From contig DASSKW010000014.1 in assembly GCA_035690065.1 (NCBI GenBank), positions 398 through 64,397 on the forward strand: DNA of 64,000 bases, written 5' to 3'. The translations under genes were made by a program, and so were the position numbers. The number at the start of each line of letters is the position of its first letter. Within the stretch, counting starts at the first letter, position 1. The stretch is from Gammaproteobacteria bacterium. Its GTDB lineage: Bacteria > Pseudomonadota > Gammaproteobacteria > Natronospirales > REEB76. Below, piece by piece: positions 29,372 to 39,777 of this stretch. The notes beneath the pieces were generated by a model. That model saw only the letters and a program-made list of their open reading frames with translations, made no database searches and was not told the DNA's origin.

Positions 29372-30247
29372 CTATAGCCAATATACGAAGATGTACAGAC
29401 CCAACCACACCACGTCCACGAAGTGCCAGTACCAGGACACCGCTTCGAATGCGAAATGGTTGTCGGGAGTGAAATGACCCTTGAGTGAACGCACCAGGAT
29501 CACGCTCAGCATGATGGCACCGATGGTCACATGCAGGCCGTGGAACCCGGTCAGCATGAAGAAGGTGGAACCATATATACCGCTGCCCAGCGTCAGATTC
29601 TGCTTGGTGTAGGCCTCGATATATTCATGGGCCTGCAAGACCACGAACGAGAAGCCCAGTATCACGGTAAACAACAGGAACCAGCACAGCTTCTTCCGGT
29701 TGCCTTCCTTCAGCCCCCAGTGTGCGATGGTCACGGTCACGCCGCTGCTCAGCAGAATCAGCGTGTTGATCGCAGCGATACCAGTCGCTTTCATGGCTTC
29801 GAAGTCGCCGCCGACGTTGGCGGGTCCGTTCGATGGCCAGGTCGGCTCATACCCTTTCCAGGTCAGCAGATTGGTAAACAGCGAATTACTGCTACCGCCC
29901 AGCCAGGGTTGTATGAACACGCGTGCGTAGAACAATGCCCCGAAGAACGCTCCAAAGAACATCACTTCGGAAAAGATGAACCAGGTCATGCCCCAGCGGA
30001 ACGAGCGATCTACCTGGGCGTTGTAGACGCCGCCCTGACTTTCGCGGATCACCGTACCGAACCAGCCAAACATCATGAACAGTACGATAAGCAGACCAAG
30101 CACGAACAGGTATTTCCCGAATGCCAGATCTTCCAGCCAGGTGGCCGCACCGAGCATGGTGGTGAACAGTCCGATGGAGCCGATGATCGGCCATTGCGTC
30201 CCGTGTGGGACGTAGTAATTACTGCTGGCGTGTGCCTCTGCTGACAT
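29372..30247 (-). CDS. coxC: Cytochrome c oxidase subunit III
   Basis: 291 aa with 7 TM segments; 'GFHGLHVTIGAIML' and 'YWHFVDVVWL' are hallmark Cox3 motifs. Confidence 0.92.
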   Translation of the reverse strand: MSAEAHASSNYYVPHGTQWPIIGSIGLFTTMLGAATWLEDLAFGKYLFVLGLLIVLFMMFGWFGTVIRESQGGVYNAQVDRSFRWGMTWFIFSEVMFFGAFFGALFYARVFIQPWLGGSSNSLFTNLLTWKGYEPTWPSNGPANVGGDFEAMKATGIAAINTLILLSSGVTVTIAHWGLKEGNRKKLCWFLLFTVILGFSFVVLQAHEYIEAYTKQNLTLGSGIYGSTFFMLTGFHGLHVTIGAIMLSVILVRSLKGHFTPDNHFAFEAVSWYWHFVDVVWLGLYIFVYWL

Positions 30248-30345
30248 TTGCTGTCTCCCGTTTCAAGCAACCTGATGTCCGTGTCCGGACTTGTTGAATT
30301 TAATACTCCGGACCGGCGTTACACGCACCGTTTGCCGTGCCTGAT

Positions 30346-30474
30346 TCACGAAAATGTGTGTCGCCAATGCACCAGGCAAAAAATCCCGACGTAGAACGCC
30401 ACCGCCAACACTCCCAGTATCAGGACAGTGCGCCGAATCCGGCGACGGCTGGATTCTTCATCCCGTATGCTCAT
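30346..30474 (-). CDS. Small (42-aa) single-TM protein, likely cytochrome oxidase small assembly protein
   Basis: Hand translation gives MSIRDEESSRRRIRRTVLILGVLAVAFYVGIFCLVHWRHTFS. It starts 28 nt after the cox1 stop. The basic N-terminus plus one TM helix resembles the small proteins found after ctaD in other proteobacteria. It is below the ORF-track size cutoff. Confidence 0.5.
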   Translation of the reverse strand: MSIRDEESSRRRIRRTVLILGVLAVAFYVGIFCLVHWRHTFS

Positions 30475-30501
30475 GTCATCTGTCGACACTTTACCTGCAC
30501 C

Positions 30502-32106
30502 TTACTCCGGCCGATACGGTTGCGCCCAGATGGCAGAAGCAGGCGGCGGTTCCGTAAAGCTGTGGTATGGAGGCGGTGAAGACAAGGTCCATTCCAGACC
30601 GTGGGCTCCCTCCCAGGCGCGGGCTTCGGCTTTCTTGCCGCCGCGGATACAGACGATGACGCCCGCGACCAGTAGCAGCTGAGAGGCGCCGAATACGAAT
30701 CCACCTATGGAAGCCAGCATGTTGAAATCGGTGAACTGCACCGGGTAATCGGGGATGCGGCGTGGCATGCCAGCGAGACCCAGGAAATGCATCGGGAAAA
30801 ATAACACGTTCACCGCGATCACGCTCAGCCAGAAATGCCACTTCGCGAGAGTCTCGTTGTACATGTGGCCGGTCCACTTCGGCAACCAGTAATATACGGC
30901 CCCCATGATGGCAAAGGCGGCTCCCGTCACCAGCACGTAGTGGAAGTGCGCCACCACGAAGTAAGTCTGATGATACTGATAATCAGCGGGCACCAGGGCC
31001 AGCATCACTCCCGAAAAACCACCGATCGTAAACAGGAACACGAATGCTATCGCAAACAGCATCGGGGTCTCGAAGGTCAATGAGCCTTGCCACATGGTGG
31101 CCAGCCAGTTGAATACCTTCACGCCGGTCGGTACCGCGATCAGCATGGTGCTGAACATGAAGAACAGTTCGGCCGCCAGTGGCATCCCGACTGTGAACAT
31201 GTGGTGCGCCCAGACGATGAACGACAGGAATGCGATGGAAGCGATCGCGTATACCATCGAGGTATAGCCAAACAGCGGCTTGCGCGAGAAGGTGGCGATG
31301 ATCTCCGAGATGATGCCGAACGCCGGCAGAATCATGATGTACACCTCGGGGTGACCGAAGAACCAGAACACGTGCTGGTATAGCACCGGATCTCCTCCGC
31401 CCGCGGCGTTGAAGAAACTGGTGCCGAAGTAGCGGTCGGTCAACATCATGGTTACCGCGCCCGCCAGCACCGGCATCACTGCGATCAACAGGTAGGCGGT
31501 AATCAGCCAGCTCCGCACGAACATCGGCATCTTCATCAACGGCATGTCTTTGGAGCGCAGGTTCAGGATCGTCGCGATCACGTTGATGGCACCCATCACC
31601 GAGGAGATGCCCATCAGATGAATGGCGAAGATCACAAACGGAAATGCCATGCCGGTCTGCAGGAACAATGGTGGATACATGGTCCAGCCGCCCGCCGGGC
31701 CACCGCCAGGCATCAGGGTGGTGGACAGCAACAGCAGGAATGCGAACGGCAACAGCCAGAAGCTCCAGTTGTTCATACGCGGCAACGCCATGTCCGGCGC
31801 GCCGATCATCATCGGGATCATCCAGTTGGCGAGGCCCACGAACGCCGGCATGATGGCGCCGAAGATCATGATCAAACCGTGCATGGTGGTCAGCTCGTTG
31901 AAGAACAACGGGTCGACCAGTTGCATACCGGGTTCAAACAGCTCAGCGCGAATCATCATCGCGAAGCTGCCACCGACGAAGAACATCAACAAACTGAAGA
32001 ACAGGTACAGAGTACCGATGTCCTTGTGGTTGGTGGTGGAGATCCAGCGCCAGATTCCGCTCGGGTGTTCGGAGTGGTGCTCGTGTGCTACGGCAGTGTT
32101 GCTCAT
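30502..32106 (-). CDS. coxA: Cytochrome c oxidase subunit I (aa3-type)
   Basis: 534 aa with '[10 protein letters not shown]' and 'HHMFTVGM' and 12 TM segments; unambiguous heme-copper oxidase subunit I. Confidence 0.97.
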   Translation of the reverse strand: MSNTAVAHEHHSEHPSGIWRWISTTNHKDIGTLYLFFSLLMFFVGGSFAMMIRAELFEPGMQLVDPLFFNELTTMHGLIMIFGAIMPAFVGLANWMIPMMIGAPDMALPRMNNWSFWLLPFAFLLLLSTTLMPGGGPAGGWTMYPPLFLQTGMAFPFVIFAIHLMGISSVMGAINVIATILNLRSKDMPLMKMPMFVRSWLITAYLLIAVMPVLAGAVTMMLTDRYFGTSFFNAAGGGDPVLYQHVFWFFGHPEVYIMILPAFGIISEIIATFSRKPLFGYTSMVYAIASIAFLSFIVWAHHMFTVGMPLAAELFFMFSTMLIAVPTGVKVFNWLATMWQGSLTFETPMLFAIAFVFLFTIGGFSGVMLALVPADYQYHQTYFVVAHFHYVLVTGAAFAIMGAVYYWLPKWTGHMYNETLAKWHFWLSVIAVNVLFFPMHFLGLAGMPRRIPDYPVQFTDFNMLASIGGFVFGASQLLLVAGVIVCIRGGKKAEARAWEGAHGLEWTLSSPPPYHSFTEPPPASAIWAQPYRPE

Positions 32107-32127
32107 CTGATTCTCCTCATGATCCTT

Positions 32128-33444
32128 TTAGCGTGCAGCCTTGATCTGGGCAGGCTTGACGAGATCCCCGGTGTGGTTACCGAAGGCGTTGCGTTCATAA
32201 GTGATGACGGCAGCGAGATCGTCATCTTTCAGGATCTTGCCCCAGGCCGGCATGATGCCCTTGCCTTGCAATACCAGACTGATATGCGCCGCTAACGGAC
32301 CATTCGGGACGGGACCACCGGCGATAGCCGGCACACTCATGGCCGGATTACCCTTGCCATCCGGCATGTGGCAGGCCGCGCAGTTTTGATCGAAGACCTG
32401 CTTGCCGCGGGTCATGGCAATCTGCATGGTCCATGCAGAACTGGAAGCCGGTGTCGCTGCCTCAGCAGGTTTGTTTGCCGCCTGAGCCGGGGCTGCGGTT
32501 GCAACTGGTGCGGAGACAGGTGCCGCCGCCGCAGTCGGCGCATTGAAATTCAGTACTGCCGGGGCGAACTCCACCGGGCTGCCGTTCTGTTCCGGCTGCA
32601 GCGTCTGCGGATTGATATAGGCGCCCCCGCCAGCTTTCACCGCGGCCACCCATTTCTGGTAATCGTCCCGCGACTCAGCCACCACCACGATCGGCATGAA
32701 TCCATGCCAGCGGCCGCATAACTCGGTACAGCCGCCGCGATAGATACCGGGCTTCTCCACCTTGATCCAGGCCTGGTTTACGAAACCCGGAATCGCATCG
32801 GTCTTCTCTGCGAAATCCGGCACATACCACGAATGGATCACGTCATTCGAGGTGATGAGCAGACGTATCTTCTCATCGACGGGGACCACCAGCGGATGAT
32901 CGACGTCACGCAGATAATGCGGCACGCTGGCAGGGTCGATACCCGAATCGAGCCGGCTGGCTTTCGCGCTGTCGGCCGCTAGCATGCTGAAATAGCTGAA
33001 TCCGTCCTGCAGGTAATCGTATTGCCACTTCCACTGATAACCGGTGATCTTCACGGTCATATCCGGCTCGCTGGCGTCGTAGATACGCACCAAACCCTTG
33101 GCAGCCGGGATCGACAGGGCGATCAGGATGATGAACGGGATGATGGTCCAGGTCACTTCGAAGAAAGTGTTGTCGTGGAAATGCGCAGCCTTGTAACCGG
33201 CGGATTTGCGATGGAAGATGATCGACCAGATCATCAACCCGAACACTACGACGCCGATCCCGACGCATACCCAGAACGCGAACATGTGTATCCACCAGGC
33301 ATTGTGACTGATGGGCGTCACACCCTGGGGCATGTTGATGCTTGAAGGCATATCCGCATCACTGGCGAATGCCGCCCCGGACATGAACGTCAGCACCGTG
33401 ATCATTGCGCTGCGAAACGCGTTCCTGAATATGTTGATGACCAT
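32128..33444 (-). CDS. coxB: Cytochrome c oxidase subunit II with C-terminal cytochrome c domain
   Basis: CuA site 'CTELCGRWHGFM', an Ala/Pro-rich linker, then heme c motif 'CAACH'. ATG at 33444 has an AGGAG SD; the alternative start is 33483. Confidence 0.92.
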   Translation of the reverse strand: MVINIFRNAFRSAMITVLTFMSGAAFASDADMPSSINMPQGVTPISHNAWWIHMFAFWVCVGIGVVVFGLMIWSIIFHRKSAGYKAAHFHDNTFFEVTWTIIPFIILIALSIPAAKGLVRIYDASEPDMTVKITGYQWKWQYDYLQDGFSYFSMLAADSAKASRLDSGIDPASVPHYLRDVDHPLVVPVDEKIRLLITSNDVIHSWYVPDFAEKTDAIPGFVNQAWIKVEKPGIYRGGCTELCGRWHGFMPIVVVAESRDDYQKWVAAVKAGGGAYINPQTLQPEQNGSPVEFAPAVLNFNAPTAAAAPVSAPVATAAPAQAANKPAEAATPASSSAWTMQIAMTRGKQVFDQNCAACHMPDGKGNPAMSVPAIAGGPVPNGPLAAHISLVLQGKGIMPAWGKILKDDDLAAVITYERNAFGNHTGDLVKPAQIKAAR

Positions 33445-33486
33445 GCGTATTTTTCTCCTGATGGATATCGTTCTGTACGCCATCCC

Positions 33487-33981
33487 TCAAATCCGGCCCA
33501 TGTTTCCCACGGGGCCGATCAGGCTGGCCAGGCGCTGTTCCAAGCTGTCACGTTCGTCGTCCGCCAAACAACGCCCCACTTCACATTCCCGGCCATGGGA
33601 ACGGATGAATAATCTGCGAGAGTGTAATCTCGCGTCAGGTACTTTCACCACTACCTGGGCCCAATAGCGATTAAATTCCATGTGTTCGTGCCGATGATGG
33701 CTGCGCTCCCGATCCACGATCACGCTCTCGCCGCGCACCACGATCTGTTCACTGTAGCCGCCCCGTTGCCAACACAACCGCTGGCAGAACCCGAGCCAGA
33801 CCAGCTCGAGTACGGCATATACCAGTACCGGCCAGAACCCGTGCAACGCGAACCAGCCTGCCAACACCAAGGTCACAACCGAAAGACTGCCGTAAAAGAC
33901 CCACAGAGCCGTTCGGGTCAGCGAGCGATTCGGAACCATCACGATGCGCTGGGAAGCCGCATCCAGTTCGATCTCCAACAT
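33487..33981 (-). CDS. Two-TM membrane protein (DUF2244-type, cox-cluster associated)
   Basis: Counted from 'MLEIELDAASQRIVMVPNRSL...', with two adjacent TM helices. It sits immediately upstream of coxB. The family name is from memory. Confidence 0.6.
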   Translation of the reverse strand: MLEIELDAASQRIVMVPNRSLTRTALWVFYGSLSVVTLVLAGWFALHGFWPVLVYAVLELVWLGFCQRLCWQRGGYSEQIVVRGESVIVDRERSHHRHEHMEFNRYWAQVVVKVPDARLHSRRLFIRSHGRECEVGRCLADDERDSLEQRLASLIGPVGNMGRI

Positions 33982-34192
33982 GCCCTGACACCCCGCAGCA
34001 AGGTTTGCTGCACGCCGTTCGGGGCGTCCTGCCGTACTGAAATCCAGCACTTCTCCCCGACGAAAACAGGCTGAAAACTGGGCCTGTATGCTACTGCATG
34101 ACCTTAGTCTGCGCAACGGAAAAGGTCTGTTAATCAATCACGGATCACCGTGGTTCTTATCCGACAGATAGCTGAATGTACAGGGATTTCAC

Positions 34193-34873
34193 TCAGGAAA
34201 GCTGTTGCGCGACAGTAACAAGATACTTGTCCACGAGCCCGTTTTCCGGCACGGCCATATAGGGCACTGTACCCAACAGGGGCGCCGGCAGTCCCTCACG
34301 CAGAGTCGCCAGATTCTCATCTGCACGCGGAAATTCGGACTCTACCCGGTTGGCGATCCAGCCGGCGAGTCGCAGGCCATCGGCTCGGATCGCGCGCGCA
34401 GTGAGCAACGCATGATTGAGACAACCGAGCCGCATCCCGACCACCATCACCACAGGCAACGCCAGCGCCCGCGCCAGTTCCGGCAAGCTTAATCGCTCCG
34501 CAAGCGGCACCTGCCAGCCGCCCACCCCTTCCACGACCACCGCGTCGCCACGTTCACACACCCGCCGGTAAGTATCGAGCAGCACTGATAACTCGATTTG
34601 CACGCCCGCTTCTGCAGCCGCGATGTGTGGCGCGATCGGTGGTTCGAATGCATACGGGTTCACCCATTCGTAAGGTAATGGCACGCTCGCACTGCGCTGG
34701 ATAGCCAGCGCATCGTCATTGCGCAGACCCTCCGGGGTGTGTATTGCACCGCTCGCCACCGGTTTCATGCCGACGCTGCGCAAGCTGGCCGCGGCGAAAC
34801 CGCGCAACAGACCGCAACTCACCAGCGTCTTGCCGATGCCGGTGTCGGTACCGGTGACGAACACGCCGCGCAT
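34193..34873 (-). CDS. bioD: Dethiobiotin synthetase
   Basis: 'VTGTDTGIGKT' P-loop; last gene of the bioBFHCD operon. Confidence 0.9.
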   Translation of the reverse strand: MRGVFVTGTDTGIGKTLVSCGLLRGFAAASLRSVGMKPVASGAIHTPEGLRNDDALAIQRSASVPLPYEWVNPYAFEPPIAPHIAAAEAGVQIELSVLLDTYRRVCERGDAVVVEGVGGWQVPLAERLSLPELARALALPVVMVVGMRLGCLNHALLTARAIRADGLRLAGWIANRVESEFPRADENLATLREGLPAPLLGTVPYMAVPENGLVDKYLVTVAQQLS

Positions 34874-35769
34874 CAGCCCGCCCCCCCAGCCCGTCCCCTC
34901 TCACCCATGACAATGCGCAGTTCGTCAGCAGTCAACATGTCCGCAGGGATATAGGCGGGGGTCCAGGCCGTGCCATAGACCACTTCATAGGTCGCGGGCA
35001 AGCGCCCCTGATGGCGGAACTGTTCGTATGCCGCCGCGAGCTTGTCGATACGCCGGCGTCCGCCGAGCGAATGCGCACGTCCGGCGGTCACGTTGTGGGC
35101 GCCGATGTCTTTCAGGTCACGCATCAGGTGGCGCACGTCCGCATAAGTGAGTGTGATGTGCTCCACATCCATGACGGGTTCCACAAAACCGGCCCGGATC
35201 AACGCATCCCCGATATCGTGCATATCGATGAATCGGTTCACGTGATTGAAGGCATCCACATCGCGCCAGGCGGCACGCAATTCCCTGAGCGTATCCGGCC
35301 CGAAACTGCTGAACAGCAGCAACCCGTGTGGGCGCACTATGCGACGCAATTCACCGAACACCTGATCCAGGTCATCACACCATTGCAACATCAGATTGCA
35401 ATTCACAAACTCGAAACTGTTGGCAGCGAACGGCAGGCGCATGGCGTCGGCACACACCAGCGGCTTGCGTCTGAACCAGCCCTGGCGACGGCGTGCAGCC
35501 GAGAGCATGCCCATCGCCACGTCGAGACCCAATACCTGCGCCCGCGGATACCGCCTGGACAGCGCATTCAATTGATGGCCCGTACCGCAACCCAGATCCA
35601 GTATCCGGGCAGGTGTGAGCGTGGTGAGTTCGAGACGCTCCAGTAACCGGGCACCGATCTCACGTTGCAATACTGCGGCCGCATCGTAACCGCGTGCAGC
35701 ATGATCGAATGCCTTGCGTATCTGACGCCGATCGAGCCGGAAAACATCTTCTTCAGTTAGCGTATTCAT
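34873..35769 (-). CDS. bioC: Malonyl-ACP O-methyltransferase
   Basis: SAM-binding motif 'ILDLGCGTG'; bio operon context; 1-nt TGATG overlap with bioD. Confidence 0.85.
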   Translation of the reverse strand: MNTLTEEDVFRLDRRQIRKAFDHAARGYDAAAVLQREIGARLLERLELTTLTPARILDLGCGTGHQLNALSRRYPRAQVLGLDVAMGMLSAARRRQGWFRRKPLVCADAMRLPFAANSFEFVNCNLMLQWCDDLDQVFGELRRIVRPHGLLLFSSFGPDTLRELRAAWRDVDAFNHVNRFIDMHDIGDALIRAGFVEPVMDVEHITLTYADVRHLMRDLKDIGAHNVTAGRAHSLGGRRRIDKLAAAYEQFRHQGRLPATYEVVYGTAWTPAYIPADMLTADELRIVMGERGRAGGAG

Positions 35770-36553
35770 GGACCGGTCCCGGAATTTTCCTGCCCGTAAA
35801 AGTATTCAGGGCCTGAACGAAATCGAGCGAGTGTGAAATGAATGGTGCATGCGCGGCACGTGGCAAACAGATGAATTCCGCGTCCTTGATGGCCGATGCC
35901 ATGAATTCACCGGCCTGTGATGGGGTCACCCGGTCATACGCACCTGCCATCACCAGAGTCGGCGCAGTGATATGCCTCAGGTCATCACGCAGATCGCTAT
36001 CCCGCAGGATCGAAAGTCCTGCCGCCAGACTGCCGGCGTCCGGGTCGCCGCGCGACAGCACGCTGTCACGCAAGGCGCGCAAGGTGGCGCGCGCATGCTG
36101 ATCGCCCATCACTTGCAGGGCAAGAAAGCGCCTTACGGTATCGGCAAAATCCAGCGTCAGTTCCGTGGCGAACACATCCAACTGGGCAGGCGGCATGGCG
36201 TGCGGCCAATCCGCTGCGGTGATGAATCTCGGCGTGGTGTTGCTCAGTATCAACCCACGCACGCGCACCGAAAAATGCGCGGCGATTTGCAGACAGACCA
36301 GCCCACCCAATGACCAACCCAGCCAGATCGCGAACGACGGCGCGACTTCGAGCACCTGTTGCGTGACCGCAGCGAGCGAGACCGGCATCGATACTTTGCT
36401 GCTGGCACCGTGCCCGGGCAGATCCACGCTGGTGACGCGATAATGCTTTGCGAGCAGCGGTACTATCGGCTGCCAGACACCGCTGTTCACGCCCCAGCCG
36501 TGCACCAGCACCAGCTCCGGCCCGCTGCCCCGCACTTCCGTATGCAATTTCAT
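35753..36553 (-). CDS. bioH: Pimeloyl-ACP methyl ester carboxylesterase
   Basis: Alpha/beta hydrolase with 'HGWG' and the nucleophile elbow 'GWSLGG', lying between bioF and bioC. Confidence 0.85.
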   Translation of the reverse strand: MKLHTEVRGSGPELVLVHGWGVNSGVWQPIVPLLAKHYRVTSVDLPGHGASSKVSMPVSLAAVTQQVLEVAPSFAIWLGWSLGGLVCLQIAAHFSVRVRGLILSNTTPRFITAADWPHAMPPAQLDVFATELTLDFADTVRRFLALQVMGDQHARATLRALRDSVLSRGDPDAGSLAAGLSILRDSDLRDDLRHITAPTLVMAGAYDRVTPSQAGEFMASAIKDAEFICLPRAAHAPFISHSLDFVQALNTFTGRKIPGPVHEYAN

Positions 36554-37731
36554 GCGTGCGGCTCCCGCATCACTTGTTGCAACCCTGCCAGCAACCGGTC
36601 CACCTGCTGTTCGTCGTGTCCCGCAGTCAGCGTGATGCGCAGCCGCGCGCTGCCCGCCGGGACCGTTGGCGGACGGATCGCGATCACCAGTAATCCGAGT
36701 GCGCGCAGCCTCTCCGAAAGGATCAAAGCCTGTGCGGCATCGCCGATCACCAGCGGTTGGATCGCTGTCGCCGATGGCGACAGCGGCAAGCCTAGCTGTC
36801 GCGCACCGTCACGGAAACGCTGGATCAGGCCATGCAGTTTTTCGCGTCGCCAGGTCTCGGTCCTTGCCAGACGCAATGCCGCCCGCGACGCTTCGGCCAA
36901 TGCCGGTGGTGGCGCCGTCGTAAATACATAAGTGCGGGCGCGCTGGATCAGGGTCTCGATCAGGGCCTCGCTGCCAGCCACGAATGCTCCGAAACTCCCC
37001 AGCGCCTTGCCGAGGGTACCCATCAGGATCGGCACTTCATCCATGCCCAACTTAAAGTGTTCAAGACTGCCGCGCCCGGTGGCGCCCAACACACCCACGC
37101 CATGTGCATCGTCGACCATCAGGAATGCCCCGGCGGCTTGCCCGCACTCCGCCAACTCCGTTAACGGCGCTACGTCGCCATCCATACTGAACACGCCATC
37201 GGTCATCACCAAAGTGGGTCTGTCATCAGGGACAAGTTGCCTGCGTAGTGTGGCGACGTCCGCATGCGGATAGCGTTTGAAACGTGCGCCACTGGCAAGT
37301 CCGGCATCCAGTAATGAAGCGTGGTTCAAGCGATCCTCGAATACCCGATCCCCACGTCTGAGCAGGGCACTCGCGATCCCGAGGTTAGCCATGTAGCCGC
37401 TGGAAAACAGCAGCGCCCGCGGGCGGCCGGTGAATTCTGCCAACTCTTCTTCGAGCGAGTGATGGGCGCGAGTGTGTCCGGTGACCAGATGCGCGGCCCC
37501 GGCACCCAGCCCGTACTGTTCCAGCGCATCGTGCGCCGCCGCAGCGAGTTGTGGATGTGCCGCAAGTCCGAGGTAATCGTTGCTGGAGAAATTCAGGCAA
37601 CGGCTGCCATCGATCGCAAGCTCGACCTGTTGCGGACCTTCGACGATACGGCGCAGACGATACAGTTGCCTGGACTTCAGCGTCTCGAGTTCGTCACGCA
37701 GACTCGCATCAAGACGTTGCGCGGCGTTCAT
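36550..37731 (-). CDS. bioF: 8-amino-7-oxononanoate synthase
   Basis: PLP-dependent alpha-oxoamine synthase with '[10 protein letters not shown]' and PLP-lysine region 'GTLGKALG'. The start is 37731 or 37770. Confidence 0.9.
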   Translation of the reverse strand: MNAAQRLDASLRDELETLKSRQLYRLRRIVEGPQQVELAIDGSRCLNFSSNDYLGLAAHPQLAAAAHDALEQYGLGAGAAHLVTGHTRAHHSLEEELAEFTGRPRALLFSSGYMANLGIASALLRRGDRVFEDRLNHASLLDAGLASGARFKRYPHADVATLRRQLVPDDRPTLVMTDGVFSMDGDVAPLTELAECGQAAGAFLMVDDAHGVGVLGATGRGSLEHFKLGMDEVPILMGTLGKALGSFGAFVAGSEALIETLIQRARTYVFTTAPPPALAEASRAALRLARTETWRREKLHGLIQRFRDGARQLGLPLSPSATAIQPLVIGDAAQALILSERLRALGLLVIAIRPPTVPAGSARLRITLTAGHDEQQVDRLLAGLQQVMREPHA

Positions 37732-38731
37732 GTTCCGCTGCGTGCAAATCGATGTGTGCGTGCCGTTCATCCGCGTGATACGGTTCGGGCCGGATGCCGA
37801 GCCGCGCGAACAATGCCTGGTCTGCTTCCGTATCCGGGTTACCGGTAGTCAACAACTTCTCGCCATAGAAGATGGAATTCGCACCAGCGAAGAAGGTCAA
37901 GGCCTGCATCTCGTCACTCATCTCGCTGCGCCCGGCTGACAGACGCACATGCGCCTTGGGCATCAGGATGCGTGCCACCGCAATCACGCGGATGAAATCG
38001 AAAGGATCGAGACCGGCGCTGCCGAACAGTGGCGTGCCTTCCACCTGCACCAGCTGATTGATCGGTACCGATTCCGGATGCTCCGGCAAGGTCGCCAGCG
38101 TGTGCAACATCTTTGCACGGTCGCGCTTGTCTTCGCCCATCCCGACGATGCCGCCACAGCACACGTGCATGCCGGCAGCACGCACATGCCCGAGTGTGTC
38201 GAGCCGATCCTGGAAACTGCGCGTGGAGATGATCTCCTGGTAATACTCTGCGGAGGTGTCGATATTGTGGTTGTAGTAATCGAGTCCGGCATCTGCCAGA
38301 CGCTGCGCCTGTGCCGGAGTCAACATCCCGAGCGTCGCGCAAGTCTCCATCCCGAGCCCGCGCACCGCCACGATCATCTCGATGATCGAATCAAGATCCT
38401 TGTCCTTCGGTGCCCGGTAGGCAGCACCCATGCAGAAACGGGTCGCGCCGCTGTCGTGCGCCAATTTCGCTTTCTCCAGCACTTCCGAGACCGGCATGAG
38501 TTTTTCCGCCTTGAGGCCGGTGTGATATCGCGCGCTCTGCGGGCAATAAGCACAATCTTCCGGACAGGCTCCGGTCTTGATGGATAACAAGGTGGAAACT
38601 TGTACTGTATTGGGGTCGAAATGATGCCGATGTACGGTATGGGCCTGGAACAACAGGTCGTTGAACTGCAGTGCGAACAGAGCCTGGACCTCGGCAAGCG
38701 TCCAGTCATGACGGATATCAACAACTGACAT
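37709..38731 (-). CDS. bioB: Biotin synthase (radical SAM)
   Basis: '[11 protein letters not shown]' radical SAM cluster motif, collinear with BioB. The start is 38731 ('[10 protein letters not shown]') or 38776. Confidence 0.93.
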   Translation of the reverse strand: MSVVDIRHDWTLAEVQALFALQFNDLLFQAHTVHRHHFDPNTVQVSTLLSIKTGACPEDCAYCPQSARYHTGLKAEKLMPVSEVLEKAKLAHDSGATRFCMGAAYRAPKDKDLDSIIEMIVAVRGLGMETCATLGMLTPAQAQRLADAGLDYYNHNIDTSAEYYQEIISTRSFQDRLDTLGHVRAAGMHVCCGGIVGMGEDKRDRAKMLHTLATLPEHPESVPINQLVQVEGTPLFGSAGLDPFDFIRVIAVARILMPKAHVRLSAGRSEMSDEMQALTFFAGANSIFYGEKLLTTGNPDTEADQALFARLGIRPEPYHADERHAHIDLHAAEHERRATS

Positions 38732-38880
38732 GGGGAATCCTCGTGGCACATGGGTTGCATCAAATGGCATGGACATCCACCATGCCCTGCAAGCTATTCA
38801 AAATCCGGGACTCGATTTCCTGCTTGGATAGCCCGGCAGTTTAGCCGCAGCCGGGCGTCTGTCAACTCAAGTGCTTATTT

Positions 38881-39588
38881 ATGCTGCACAGTTGGTTAAA
38901 AAACATACAGGACACCTTTTACTCGCCGACATGTCTGCTGTGTGGCCGGCAAACCGGGGCGAAGCGGGATATCTGTGCTGCGTGTGAACGGGATTTGCCA
39001 TGGAACCGGCATGCCTGCCAGCGTTGTGCCGCACCTCTACCGGCTGACGAGGAGTCCAGAGTCTGTGGCCAATGCCTGCGCCATCCGCCAGCCTGGCACG
39101 CTGCGGTTAGCCCGTTGCGCTATGCCTGGCCACTCGATCAACTGATCCAGCGGTTCAAATTCAAGGCCGATCTGGCTACGGGCAATTTGTTGGGTTGCCT
39201 GTTGGCGGGGTATCTGGCCGCAGATCCCGCCCCCCGTCCAGACTGTCTGATTCCAGTCCCGTTGCACCCTGCCCGGCTCAAGGAACGCGGCTTCAATCAA
39301 GCCTTGGAGCTGGCGCGGCCTGTGGGCCGCCGGTTGCGGGTTCCCCTGGTGCCGGAGCTCTGCCGGCGGCTCCGCCACACCGAAGTGCAATCTACCCTCG
39401 ACGCAAAATCGAGGCAGCGAAACTTGCAGGGGGCATTCGAAGTCTTTCCCCGGGTGCGGGGGCTGACCGTCGCTATCCTTGATGATGTGGTGACCACTGG
39501 CGCCACGGCTTCGGCTCTGTGTCTTGCCCTGCACGAGGCGGGGGCCAGGGAAGTGAGGGTCTGGAGCCTGGCTCGTGCCGCTGGCTGA
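38881..39588 (+). CDS. comF: ComF family protein (phosphoribosyltransferase domain)
   Basis: N-terminal Cys pairs ('CLLCG...CAACE...CQRC...CGQC') and PRTase motif 'VAILDDVVTTGAT'; divergent from bioB. Confidence 0.8.
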   Translation: MLHSWLKNIQDTFYSPTCLLCGRQTGAKRDICAACERDLPWNRHACQRCAAPLPADEESRVCGQCLRHPPAWHAAVSPLRYAWPLDQLIQRFKFKADLATGNLLGCLLAGYLAADPAPRPDCLIPVPLHPARLKERGFNQALELARPVGRRLRVPLVPELCRRLRHTEVQSTLDAKSRQRNLQGAFEVFPRVRGLTVAILDDVVTTGATASALCLALHEAGAREVRVWSLARAAG

Positions 39589-39604
39589 ACGGCCCTGAAA
39601 ATTC

Positions 39605-39632
39605 TTGCAAAGCTGGCGGACTCGGTTAAAAT
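39605..39632 (+). promoter_or_regulatory. Candidate sigma70 promoter upstream of the HD-GYP gene
   Basis: TTGCAA (39605-39610), a 16-nt spacer, then TAAAAT (39627-39632); this would give a ~140-nt leader. Confidence 0.3.
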
Positions 39633-39777
39633 GGGAACTTATTGTTAAATCAAATTCTTAAGCAGTGTTTAGCGACCACCCCGTGGTCTGCGGCTCTGGC
39701 CCGGCATATCCCCCATAATTTCTGTAGCATGATGCAGGCCATGTACAACCTCGATAAAAAATCGTCATGGAGCGGAC

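Noticed and set aside
38732-38880. Search for a BirA/bioO-type palindromic operator in the bioB-comF divergent spacer.
   Set aside because: I found no extended palindrome or TGTAAACC-like half-sites, so no regulatory call can be supported.
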